From Pseudobacteriovorax sp. (GTDB taxonomy: Bacteria; Bdellovibrionota_B; Oligoflexia; Oligoflexales; Oligoflexaceae), in assembly GCA_050293845.1 (NCBI GenBank), contig JBNKNM010000060.1, forward strand, positions 1 to 26,850: 26,850 nt of DNA, written 5' to 3'. Position 1 is the first letter of the stretch; every line of letters starts with the position of its first letter. This document shows, one piece after another, positions 1 to 8,759 of this stretch. The notes under the pieces were generated by a model. That model saw only the letters and a program-made list of their open reading frames with translations. It had not been told where the DNA came from and did no database searches. The translations under genes were made by a program, and so were the position numbers.

Positions 1-1
1 A

Positions 2-199
2 GTCGGGGTTCACCGTCACGGACCCGGTGTAAACGACGCCAGGGATGAAGGCGAAATCCTCGACGGTGACGTCGAACGTGCCGCTCAATGTGCCATCGCG
101 GGCAATATTCATCGTGCCAATCGCGGTGATGTCTTGTTTTTCTAAAAAAATGCGCAGCAAACTCCGTCCGTCCAAAATACGCGACTTTACAACCCCCAT
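2..199 (-). CDS. Possible partial hypothetical protein running off the left edge (beta-rich, secreted-type fold)
   Basis: Manual translation from ATG 199: MGVVKSRILDGRSLLRIFLEKQDITAIGTMNIARDGTLSGTFDVTVEDFAFIPGVVYTGSVTVNPD, open to the edge with GC-rich third positions. The start is uncertain; an RBS-preceded ATG at 341 is in another frame. Confidence 0.35.
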   Translation of the reverse strand, partial: MGVVKSRILDGRSLLRIFLEKQDITAIGTMNIARDGTLSGTFDVTVEDFAFIPGVVYTGSVTVNPD

Positions 200-450
200 C
201 GATGAGAGATGGAAAGTCGTCGCCAGAACTTGTACCAATCCAACTCAATACAAGTGCCCAAAGACATGTCGCCTTAATGATCCAAACAATATCTGATAAG
301 AACTCTGCTCTAGCAGTTTCTTCTAGCCCGATAAGCAACATGAGGCTCCCTTCCCACGGCATGTCCCTTGAATTTCGGCTTGTCTAAACCACTTTAAAAA
401 GCCAGCCTGAGTTTTATAGAATGTTTTTTGAATTTCTAGGGACATATCTT

Positions 451-936
451 ATGAACACAGAATTAGACATGAAAAAATTAGCCGAATGGCTACAGTTTGC
501 TGAAATTATTGTAGAAAAAGCGGTTATCACAAGTAAGGGGTTAGAAGCAGGTACCCGACAGGAAACCACACGGCTTGCTGTGAAACCAAAAATTATTCTA
601 GAAAATGACATATTGAAGTATGGAAACCTGATGATTCCCCTCTACTCACGACCCATGACAGTACAGCTCATTCGGCCATTTTTTGAAACAACCGATCACT
701 TTTTGAGTAAAGAAAAAATTTTAAAGAAAGTCTATAACTATGACCAAAACTCTAGCTACCGGATACGACAGTCTCACCATCAGAACCTACTTAAGCTGAT
801 CAGTCGCTCACGAAAGTTTTTAGAAGAAGCTTGCCAAACAGCAAATCAGGGAAAAAATATTGAGTGGTTTCCTTTTGATAAAAAACAAAATTGTTACCGT
901 CTCTATGAGATTACTTCCCCTGAAAGATTTTCTTAA
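451..936 (+). CDS. Hypothetical protein with possible C-terminal winged-helix DNA-binding domain
   Basis: 171 aa ORF 421..936; ATG 451 or 469 are alternative starts. LSKEKILKKVY...NLLKLISRSRKFL resembles OmpR-like wHTH helices. Confidence 0.55.
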   Translation: MNTELDMKKLAEWLQFAEIIVEKAVITSKGLEAGTRQETTRLAVKPKIILENDILKYGNLMIPLYSRPMTVQLIRPFFETTDHFLSKEKILKKVYNYDQNSSYRIRQSHHQNLLKLISRSRKFLEEACQTANQGKNIEWFPFDKKQNCYRLYEITSPERFS

Positions 937-2521
937 CAACACTACGAAAAAGCGTTTTGATGGGAGTTTTCTGCTTTGAGCATTGGTAAGCTTGGTGAAA
1001 GTCAAAAGAATTTTGGGGCCGCATAATAGTTTGGTAGGTTTCCATGCCTAAAATTTGACCAATCATGAGGCTGTAGATGCCATGATTCTCTTGGTCCCTG
1101 GTGATGATAGACTTATTGATAGCACAGCGCCCTAATAGGAAACGGTAATAGAGGCGTACGACATATTTTAGTGCGTCGCGGTACACTTTATCACCATGAT
1201 TTAACCGCTTATAGGATAGCTTTTTTAAGTTTTCTTCGAAGGTAAAAATATCTGGTGATTTAAAGCGAGGATTTAGGGTTTTTGAAGTCAGGAGACCAGC
1301 ACTGATCATCAAAATACGATGGAGAAAGCGGTCCTCTGGTTGCGCATGAGAAGCTATGGGGTGCAGAGCGTTAAATAGAATCTGCCCTGCAATTTCGGAT
1401 AAATGATTCAGGGATATAGTATCGAGCAAAACTATTTTTCGATCGGGTATATAAAAGGCTTTATCAATCTGTAAACGTTGCTTTAGCAAGGTTCTTGTGT
1501 ATGAAGAAATGCTGGTATCGTTTGCCAAACGGACAATATCAACTGAGCTAAGTTGGCAATAGCAATGGAAATCGGATATTTCACTTTCACGAAAACTGAG
1601 CCCCAGAAACTCAGTCAAATGAGTGAGAATAGAAACGATCTGGTAGTCAATGTCAAAAGATTCATCAGTATGCAGCGAGCTGTCATAGGTATCTTCGGCT
1701 GCCTTCATTTCTTCCCATAGGGAGTAAGACTGCCACTTGATCCAGGGTGGAGAATTTAACAGGCAATACAGCCCTTCTTTAAGGTATAGGTATTCCGTTG
1801 AGTGATAATCAGCGAGTCGGGGACGGCTGAAGTAGAATTCATCAATATTAGTCAGAATTCTAATATTACGGATTTGATGTTGGTTGATGAAGTAGGGAAG
1901 GTGGGCATCGGCAAGGTGATATTCACCGATAAGACACACACAGAGTGACTCTGGATACCTAATGGTGATATCAAGAAGGATGCTCGCTGCGAACCGGTCG
2001 CGCTTGGGCAGGCGGTCCTTTCCTGCAAGATCCGTATTAATCCCAATAATCTGAATATTGTGGCTTTTAGCCATTTCAATGATAGGTCGATAATTTTCCC
2101 ATGGAAATCCCCAATATTTCTCGTATTCGCATAATTTTATTAGCTGTTCTTCGGAAATACCTTCTTTAAGAAATCTATTAAGATATTCTTGATCTTTGGC
2201 ACGGAACATCTCCATAGCCAGTACAATTTCACGCTCAGGATTGAAGCTAATATAGTTTTCGAGAATGCGAATTAAGCCCTTCTGGGTCTGGCGATGGGTA
2301 TGAAAATCCCCATAAAGCAAAACTTCACTGTCTTCGATCCTACTGATAACTTGATCTAAGGATGACTTACTATACTTGCTAGGAAGAGATTTATAAAATT
2401 GCTCGGAATATCTTATGATGCTGGGAGCTTCCAAAGGAGCATAGTTCGCCGCATCATCCAGAGCTTTATGATACAGAGTTTTATGAAATTCATATAGGCG
2501 CAAGTTGTTACGCTTATTCAC
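911..2521 (-). CDS. ChaN-family (haem-binding/iron-regulated) protein with long C-terminal extension
   Basis: 536 aa. VLLYGDFH, LAMEMF, WGFPWENYRPIIEMAK, IIGIN, RDRFAA and IGEYH match ChaN/EreA-like motifs. GTG start with GAGG upstream. Confidence 0.75.
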   Translation of the reverse strand: MNKRNNLRLYEFHKTLYHKALDDAANYAPLEAPSIIRYSEQFYKSLPSKYSKSSLDQVISRIEDSEVLLYGDFHTHRQTQKGLIRILENYISFNPEREIVLAMEMFRAKDQEYLNRFLKEGISEEQLIKLCEYEKYWGFPWENYRPIIEMAKSHNIQIIGINTDLAGKDRLPKRDRFAASILLDITIRYPESLCVCLIGEYHLADAHLPYFINQHQIRNIRILTNIDEFYFSRPRLADYHSTEYLYLKEGLYCLLNSPPWIKWQSYSLWEEMKAAEDTYDSSLHTDESFDIDYQIVSILTHLTEFLGLSFRESEISDFHCYCQLSSVDIVRLANDTSISSYTRTLLKQRLQIDKAFYIPDRKIVLLDTISLNHLSEIAGQILFNALHPIASHAQPEDRFLHRILMISAGLLTSKTLNPRFKSPDIFTFEENLKKLSYKRLNHGDKVYRDALKYVVRLYYRFLLGRCAINKSIITRDQENHGIYSLMIGQILGMETYQTIMRPQNSFDFHQAYQCSKQKTPIKTLFRSVVKKIFQGK

Positions 2522-2637
2522 TATGGCCTCAAACTTGGGAACGATCCCAGATGGAATTTATCATAGGGGTGATGCGTCTATTTTACCATATGAGCTTAGG
2601 TAGATGAATACAGGGAGACCCTGTGGAAAGAATTAAT

Positions 2638-3675
2638 TTACTTAGCAAAATCGCTTTGAGAAATGTAAAACCCCCCCACGACGCTATCTTGATGTGGGTC
2701 TGAACCCTTAGGTATAAAATTACACTTTACACCTCCTCTACCTTGCACAAGCCAACCCTTGGCAAGCAAGGAGCGACCGATGACTTTGCACATGTTCATG
2801 AGATGTTCTGAGGTTTCTTCCTTGGTGATAGTAACCCTTACAAATATGCCGGTTCCCTCATTATGCAGAAGACTTGCTACATAGACTATATTATCATTCT
2901 CAATTTCTTTACGAACTGCACTAATCAAGGCCATTTCATCAAAAATTTTACTTTGCTCTGCTTGGATTTCTTCACGGTAAAGATAGTGAATAAAGTCTCC
3001 GCCCTCCAGCATTTTATTGGCTACAGAATAAGCAAGATAAGCTTGCTTCAAATTTTTGCTTTTTAAGTACTCATTACCCTTTTCAGCCCATTTCTGCCAG
3101 TCAAGTCCCTGATGAGTCCACTGCTGTATGTGAAACCCTATGATAGCAAGATCTTGAGACTTAGTTGGTGCAATAGCCACTAAGATACGACCAAGCTCGT
3201 TTTTACTCATGATTTGCAAAACGACAAAATACTGAGTTTTATAGCCAAATCGAGTGATAATGCGCTCAAACTCGGTATGGGGACAATTATGAGGCTTTTT
3301 GTTATACGCCTCATCCCTAATTTCCCATACGCGATAAATGGAAAACTGCCATGGCTTCTGATAACGATTAAGTAGTATAGCCTCAATCTGGTCGCCGATA
3401 CTTTTTTTAACTCTAGCTTGAGGATGAAAATAGGATTTGAAGCTATGCCAACGTTTATTGGCAAAGTCAGCCTTTAAGTCAGAAACAAGCCGATGTAATC
3501 CCGGGTTCTCCTTCTCCAGATCAACTTTGGGTCCACGGGATAGAATATGGCATCCATCTGATCGTATTTTCTTAGGGGAGTGGGTGTAGATTGATGAAAC
3601 TGCGTAGGAATGAGGTGCTAGGAGACTAGCACTTAGCCACACAAGAACCGCACCCACTGCTTTGGGTATGTACAT
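2638..3675 (-). CDS. Hypothetical secreted protein
   Basis: 345 aa ORF with signal-peptide-like N-terminus (AVGAVLVWLSASLLAPHSYA) and a TPR-like helix (AEKGNEYLKSKNLKQAYLAY). Overlaps the upstream gene; start uncertain. Confidence 0.7.
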   Translation of the reverse strand: MYIPKAVGAVLVWLSASLLAPHSYAVSSIYTHSPKKIRSDGCHILSRGPKVDLEKENPGLHRLVSDLKADFANKRWHSFKSYFHPQARVKKSIGDQIEAILLNRYQKPWQFSIYRVWEIRDEAYNKKPHNCPHTEFERIITRFGYKTQYFVVLQIMSKNELGRILVAIAPTKSQDLAIIGFHIQQWTHQGLDWQKWAEKGNEYLKSKNLKQAYLAYSVANKMLEGGDFIHYLYREEIQAEQSKIFDEMALISAVRKEIENDNIVYVASLLHNEGTGIFVRVTITKEETSEHLMNMCKVIGRSLLAKGWLVQGRGGVKCNFIPKGSDPHQDSVVGGFYISQSDFAK

Positions 3676-3904
3676 CTACTAACTCCCAACTACCAAACTC
3701 ATCATTGATATGCTTGAGTGCATCGACCAAGTAGTCATACTCAACAGTGTATAATTCTTTCATGATCTTAGTCTCAAGGCAATAGGAGTTGTAAATGTAA
3801 CGCTCAGATTGCGGATCAAAAATGAGGCTAACTCCCGCTTGGCGGTCGCGAAATTGAAAGGCTTTATCGAGGTAATTGTCTTCTGTTAGTTGCCCTAGGT
3901 TCAT
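3626..3904 (-). CDS. Small hypothetical protein with C-terminal CxxCxxxC tail
   Basis: 92 aa; AGGA upstream of ATG; ends SSGCGSCVAKC; starts 14 bp after the purN stop. Confidence 0.7.
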   Translation of the reverse strand: MNLGQLTEDNYLDKAFQFRDRQAGVSLIFDPQSERYIYNSYCLETKIMKELYTVEYDYLVDALKHINDEFGSWELVDVHTQSSGCGSCVAKC

Positions 3905-3918
3905 GATTCATCCTTCTA

Positions 3919-4503
3919 TTAAGATGGTTGTGCTTGTATAAGCTGATCCAGTACTTTAGGGTATAACTCACATTCCAGAGAAAACACCTGTTGCGCGATC
4001 TCTTCAGCAGATTGGCAGTGATCGATAGCGATACTTTCCTGAGCAATGATTTGTCCCTCATCGTATTGATCGGTAACAAAGTGAATAGTAGCTCCTGAAA
4101 TGCTCTCTTTTGCCGATAATACTGCTTGGTGCACTTTCAAACCATACATGCCTTTGCCACCGAATTTAGGTAATAATGCCGGATGAATATTTATAATTTT
4201 ACTGGCATATTCGGGAAAAGTGGGAAACATTTTCAAAAATCCTCCCAATGCAATCCAATCAATTTCCTCTTTCTGCAGCCATTGATGCAGGGATTCACGG
4301 GTTTGGGCATATTGATCTTTGCGAAACGATCCTACGAAAAGGGGCAGGCTATGTTTATGAGCGATGGCGACACCAGGACAATCTGCAGCGGAACTGATAA
4401 CACCAGCGATCTGGTAGCAGTAGCGCTTCTGCTGGGCTATAAAGTTGGCAAGGGTACGACCTGTACCCGATATGGCTACCGCCACGCGATTACTATGCAT
4501 CAA
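3919..4503 (-). CDS. purN: Phosphoribosylglycinamide formyltransferase
   Basis: VAVAISGTGRTL, IALGGFLK, INIHPALLPKFGGKGMYG, SGATIHFVTDQYDEGQII, LECELYP. Confidence 0.9.
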   Translation of the reverse strand: MMHSNRVAVAISGTGRTLANFIAQQKRYCYQIAGVISSAADCPGVAIAHKHSLPLFVGSFRKDQYAQTRESLHQWLQKEEIDWIALGGFLKMFPTFPEYASKIINIHPALLPKFGGKGMYGLKVHQAVLSAKESISGATIHFVTDQYDEGQIIAQESIAIDHCQSAEEIAQQVFSLECELYPKVLDQLIQAQPS

Positions 4504-5443
4504 AAACCCCCTTATTTTTTAGCTTCAAGCCGTTCCAAAATGCGACACCCTCGATCGATTTAGAACCTTCTGGTTTTACGCGGCTGAGCTTGAGGTAGCC
4601 ATCTCTTGTTTTTACAATAACAGACTGCAAAGCCTTAACGTACCTAAATTCACGGCAATCCAGATCTGCGGGGCCTTCTGTACTGGGGCTGATGGCTTCA
4701 AGGACAATGCGTTTGCCTTCAAAAAAGCAGAATACTCCAGGCCAAGGTTGAAAGGCACGATAGCGATTGTAGATGCTCTGGGTTGATAGGCTCCAGTTGA
4801 TTTGACCACTATCTTTAGTGAATTTATGACATTCAGTCACTTGCTTGGCATCTTGACTCTTACCTGAGAAGTTAGGGTCAGATAGTTTTTCTAATGCCTT
4901 TATCAGCATTTTTCCACCGAGCTTAAAGAGTCGCGGCATAATTTCAAAAGAAGTTTCATGGGGGTCTATTGTAAGCTCCTGCTGTTCAATAATATTGCCG
5001 GCATCCAAAGCTTTTACTGTAAACAATATGGTGACTCCTGTCCGTTGCTGGCCGTCGTAAAGGGCAGTTTGCACCGGCGTAGCTCCGCGATATTGGGGGA
5101 GCAGCGAGGGGTGGATGTTGATGGTTCCTCGTTGGGGAATCGCCAAAAATGCCTCGCTGAGAATTTGTCCATATGCTGCGGTGATGATAAGGTCCGGAGC
5201 CAATTCTTTGAGGGTCTGTAAAAACTCGGGACTGCGTGATTTTTCCGGCTGCAAAACAGGTAGCTGGTGCTCCTTTGCATAAGCAGCAACGGGAGGGTCC
5301 GTCAGCTTTTTCTTGCGTCCCGCCGGTTTTGCCGGTTGACTGACAATAGCGGCAAGTTCGTGATCGGAACCCGCACATATCTCAAGCAATGTTTCCAAGG
5401 GGGCGATGACCTCTTGCGGTGAACCCATGAAAATAATTCTCAT
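4493..5443 (-). CDS. fmt: Methionyl-tRNA formyltransferase
   Basis: MRIIFMGSP, VSQPAKPAGR, TAAYGQIL, INIHPSLLPQYRGATP, RAFQPWPG, KPEGSK; 316 aa; AGGAG RBS. Confidence 0.95.
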   Translation of the reverse strand: MRIIFMGSPQEVIAPLETLLEICAGSDHELAAIVSQPAKPAGRKKKLTDPPVAAYAKEHQLPVLQPEKSRSPEFLQTLKELAPDLIITAAYGQILSEAFLAIPQRGTINIHPSLLPQYRGATPVQTALYDGQQRTGVTILFTVKALDAGNIIEQQELTIDPHETSFEIMPRLFKLGGKMLIKALEKLSDPNFSGKSQDAKQVTECHKFTKDSGQINWSLSTQSIYNRYRAFQPWPGVFCFFEGKRIVLEAISPSTEGPADLDCREFRYVKALQSVIVKTRDGYLKLSRVKPEGSKSIEGVAFWNGLKLKNKGVFDA

Positions 5444-5572
5444 TGTAACTCCTATGGGGGGCTCAAAAACCAGCGATAGAACAAACTAATGCTTTTGGAA
5501 CGTCATTTCAATGGTTCACATTCAAATTCAATATGCCATAATATCATGTTATGATGATGCCAGGAGGAAAAA

Positions 5573-6232
5573 ATGGGATCTCTTTTCACTTCTCTTATCA
5601 TGCTTATATGGTATTTGCTTATCTCCGGTGTTTTAGGATGGCTTGTAACACAGGTGGTTTGCAGTGAACATAAGCGAATCTATAGGCTTATGGATGCTTT
5701 TTCCCAAGCTTGCACCTGGCCAGTGATCGTTTTGGCACCTTTATTGATTATGCTTGGCTTCCGTCTGTTTGCAACGGATCTGACATTTCCTAGCAGCCTC
5801 ACCCATAGTCACCTCGCCCAAGGGCTGTTCCTCCTGATCCCTGCATCTATTCTGGTGATCAGCTCCGGTTTTTTGTCTTATGTTTTTCAACAGGCTAGTA
5901 TGGATCATCGTTACTGGCTGGATTTTGATTTTGTGAAGTTTGGCAGGGCTATAGGTAAGTCTACTTGGCGGCAGCTAGGTCCCATAGTATTTATTAAATC
6001 GCTGCTCACAAGCTGGTCGATGAGCCTACCTTGGGTCTTTGGTGAGCTTATTGTGATCGAAAGCATATGCAATATTCCTGGGGTTGGTTATAGCCTGTGG
6101 ATGGCAACACGACAAAGAAATCTAGAGGAAGGTTTCTATTTATTGGCTTTGTTGTTGCTGATCTACTCTTTGTTCGCGGTGATCACTATTTGGGGTCAAC
6201 GTTGGTTAGGAGAGAAACTTGCGGGGTACTAA
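5573..6232 (+). CDS. ABC transporter permease, OppB/DppB-like (divergent)
   Basis: Hydrophobic 219 aa; EAA-like DFVKFGRAIGKS; GELIVIESICNIPGVG; AGGAGG RBS. Confidence 0.75.
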   Translation: MGSLFTSLIMLIWYLLISGVLGWLVTQVVCSEHKRIYRLMDAFSQACTWPVIVLAPLLIMLGFRLFATDLTFPSSLTHSHLAQGLFLLIPASILVISSGFLSYVFQQASMDHRYWLDFDFVKFGRAIGKSTWRQLGPIVFIKSLLTSWSMSLPWVFGELIVIESICNIPGVGYSLWMATRQRNLEEGFYLLALLLLIYSLFAVITIWGQRWLGEKLAGY

Positions 6233-7019
6233 CCATACCATACGGGCGGCTTTGTCTATTTGCTTGCTACTGGGAGGACTATATAGCCTCCCGCAGTGGG
6301 ATCTGAGTATCAATCTCAAGGCGGCTCATACTTCTCCGTCCTGGCACTTTCCATTGGGAACAGATTCTTTAGGGCGTAGTTATCTGGCTCTTATTTTTGC
6401 AGCGATAGGGGAAACAGTGCCAATTTTATGGCTCACTAGTTCCCTAGCATTGCTGGGAGGGTGGAGCCTAGGAATACTCCTCAGCTGTCTTGATCGCATG
6501 CCTGAAACCCTACGATGGATTATAAAAGTGATGTGCTCCAGTTTAAAGGGGATTCCCTTTTTTCTTATGATATTTGCCATCATCCTTCTATCAGGTCAGG
6601 TTGGAATTTATTCCGTCTTGTGGGGATTGGGTATTATATTTCTGTTGCAGGGCTGCTCGCAGATTTTCCTGCTTGGAGAGCAAGCGAAAAACTTGCTTTT
6701 TTGGCAAGCCCACCGCTCTCTAGGAGGATCGACCTTACAAAGGCTATGGAAATACGGAGTAACCAGTGGTTGGCGCCATCAATTATGGAAACAGTGGTGT
6801 ATCTCGTTGCAGATGGCAATCATTGCTGAGACGGCGTTGAGCTATTTAGGACTAGGGGTACAAGAGCCCTACATTTCCTTAGGGCTGGTGTTATCAGAGC
6901 AAATGGGGAGCTATTTGGGAGGCCATATCCTTGTCGCCCTCAGCGGAGTTTTGTTTTGCTTGCTGCTGCTGGCACAAGTGCCTCGATGGACCATTATCCT
7001 ACTAGAAAAGGCAGATTAA
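6219..7019 (+). CDS. ABC transporter permease, OppC/DppC-like (divergent)
   Basis: PSWHFPLGTDSLGR, EAA-like QAHRSLGGS, IIAETALSYLGLGVQEP.SLG; TTG start overlapping the upstream stop. Confidence 0.8.
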   Translation: MRGTNHTIRAALSICLLLGGLYSLPQWDLSINLKAAHTSPSWHFPLGTDSLGRSYLALIFAAIGETVPILWLTSSLALLGGWSLGILLSCLDRMPETLRWIIKVMCSSLKGIPFFLMIFAIILLSGQVGIYSVLWGLGIIFLLQGCSQIFLLGEQAKNLLFWQAHRSLGGSTLQRLWKYGVTSGWRHQLWKQWCISLQMAIIAETALSYLGLGVQEPYISLGLVLSEQMGSYLGGHILVALSGVLFCLLLLAQVPRWTIILLEKAD

Positions 7020-7962
7020 AACTAGCCAGGCTTTTATTGGACCAGGCGCCTAGGGGGTTTGATCTGTTATAGGTTTCGGCGGCTGCTAGGAACTGATCCT
7101 TCTCTACATATCTATCGATAATCCAGCGTTCGATGTCACTCTCTTTTTCAGGGAGGTCCGCTATAGGCGTTCTTTTGACATACATAACAACGCGCTCCAC
7201 ATCACCGGAAATTAGTTGCCAGAGGCTAGGAATGCCACTGGGATAAAAAAGTGTGATGTTATAAACAGCATCAAGCTGCTCCCGTAAGGCCATTGCCGAC
7301 GCCACAAAGCCCTTGGTGCGCGGCGCCATGACCCTTCGGGTTAGGGGGAGTCCCTTGTCCTGCATGTATTGCTGACTTTTCTTCAACTTTTCAGGGGTAA
7401 TGCGCGTCCCCTCCAGGAAGGAAACCAACCATAGGGGAATATTATGCTTTTTAAACTTACCAAATATACTGTCGATGCGACTTTTATCAGATTCCCAGTT
7501 GCGTTTCACAAAAATGCAATCGAGAAAAATCATGCCCCAACCGGGGCCTGGGATATACTTTACGACATCCTTTACAAAAAACTTCATGTCACCTAAGCGC
7601 TTCTTACTCCAGGCCAGAACCATGATGACGGGAATATCCGCGATGTTTTGATGGTTGCAGTCTACTAAAGCGTTTTCCTCAGCAGGTATCTCATCACCAA
7701 GTATGTCAACAGTAATGCCACCAATTAGCTTTAATAGGAGTACTAGGTAAGCCCAGTAGTAGTTAGCAAAAAAACGGTTGATAGCCCTGACTAGTTTCGG
7801 GGAGATAGGGAGCAAAACCATGGAAGCCATTTGAAAAAAATTGATGATAACAACAGGTATGAAAATAATTAGGGCTAGCCCCGCATTTTTTAGATGCTTG
7901 ATGAAGCGGCCGACCATCGTACTGCTGTTATGAAGGTTAGAAAGATATTTAATTTCCGCCAT
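6994..7962 (-). CDS. Lysophospholipid/1-acyl-sn-glycerol-3-phosphate acyltransferase (PlsC superfamily, YihG/LCLAT1-like)
   Basis: NHQNIAD (NHx4D), KFFVK, IFVKRNWESD, FLEGTR, PRTKGF, ERWIIDRYVEKD. Confidence 0.88.
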   Translation of the reverse strand: MAEIKYLSNLHNSSTMVGRFIKHLKNAGLALIIFIPVVIINFFQMASMVLLPISPKLVRAINRFFANYYWAYLVLLLKLIGGITVDILGDEIPAEENALVDCNHQNIADIPVIMVLAWSKKRLGDMKFFVKDVVKYIPGPGWGMIFLDCIFVKRNWESDKSRIDSIFGKFKKHNIPLWLVSFLEGTRITPEKLKKSQQYMQDKGLPLTRRVMAPRTKGFVASAMALREQLDAVYNITLFYPSGIPSLWQLISGDVERVVMYVKRTPIADLPEKESDIERWIIDRYVEKDQFLAAAETYNRSNPLGAWSNKSLASFNLPFLVG

Positions 7963-8161
7963 GGCTACATCCTTAATATAGCGATTTAGTCTTTTTGATT
8001 CTTACACTCCTCAAACTTTATAGGCATGCCAGTCTGGCAAAGTTATAAACTGTGAGCTATGTAAAAATTTTACGTTTGATGACCCCTTGATGATAACTAA
8101 TTAAAGCAAAACAGAGCAACCTGCCATACATAGCTCAAGGTATAGGCAGATTTTACAAAAA

Positions 8162-8186
8162 TTTCACATTTATCATGAATGTGAAA
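8162..8186. promoter_or_regulatory. 9-bp inverted repeat (possible operator or hairpin)
   Basis: TTTCACATT-tatcatg-AATGTGAAA, about 200 bp upstream of the acyltransferase start. Confidence 0.35.
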
Positions 8187-8309
8187 CTGCCCCTCCTAGT
8201 CTGCTCCATATCTGTCAACTCGTCAGAACTGACATCACAAATGAACCAATCTCTTCACCTTCTCTTTTCTTTTTTTGCAGCGAAAAAAATAAGCTTAGTA
8301 CATAGACTA

Positions 8310-8660
8310 GGAAAGTTTTCCTTAGCAGTATTAAAGATGGCATTGGCGTGAGCACCACCTTCGGTATCAGCAAAGAGTTAAGATTTTCGTCAAATGACAA
8401 ATGATTTTATTTGCCTTTCGACATAGTTGTTATCTATAGCTAATCGTGGGTCATCAAGAAACCCCTTTTACTGCATCAGCAAATTTATGTCTACTATGGG
8501 CCCAACATCCTCCATGGGAAATACCACTACGCTTTTCGCAATATTTCTGATACACCTTAAGGCCATCAGTTACTAAAGAGCTCGAAAAGCCATCAAGATA
8601 TTTAGCAATGCTATCGCTTGATCGTATTTTCATAATGAAATACGGTAATGATCGTCCTCA
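8310..8660 (-). pseudogene. Decayed IS66-family transposase (TnpC) fragment
   Basis: Minus strand reads IAKYLDGFSSSLVTDGLKVYQKY...ISHGGCWAHSRHKFADA, joined by frameshift/deletion to FLDDPRLAIDNNYVERQIKSFVI*RKS*LFADTEGGAHANAIF. This matches IS66 TDG..Y / CWAH.RRKF / IDNN..ER / GRKNWLF motifs with nonsense codons. Confidence 0.85.
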
Positions 8661-8724
8661 AAAAGGCTTTTCATACCCGGAAGATTAATGATTCGCTCCT
8701 AGCAGCAAAGCGACCTCGAAGTGA

Positions 8725-8750
8725 GGAAACTCCATTTTATTGGAGTTTCC
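8725..8750 (-). terminator. Hairpin just after the stop of the 8760..9758 gene
   Basis: GGAAACTCCA-ttttat-TGGAGTTTCC, 10-bp stem; U-tract weak. Confidence 0.55.
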
Positions 8751-8759
8751 CACAAATTC

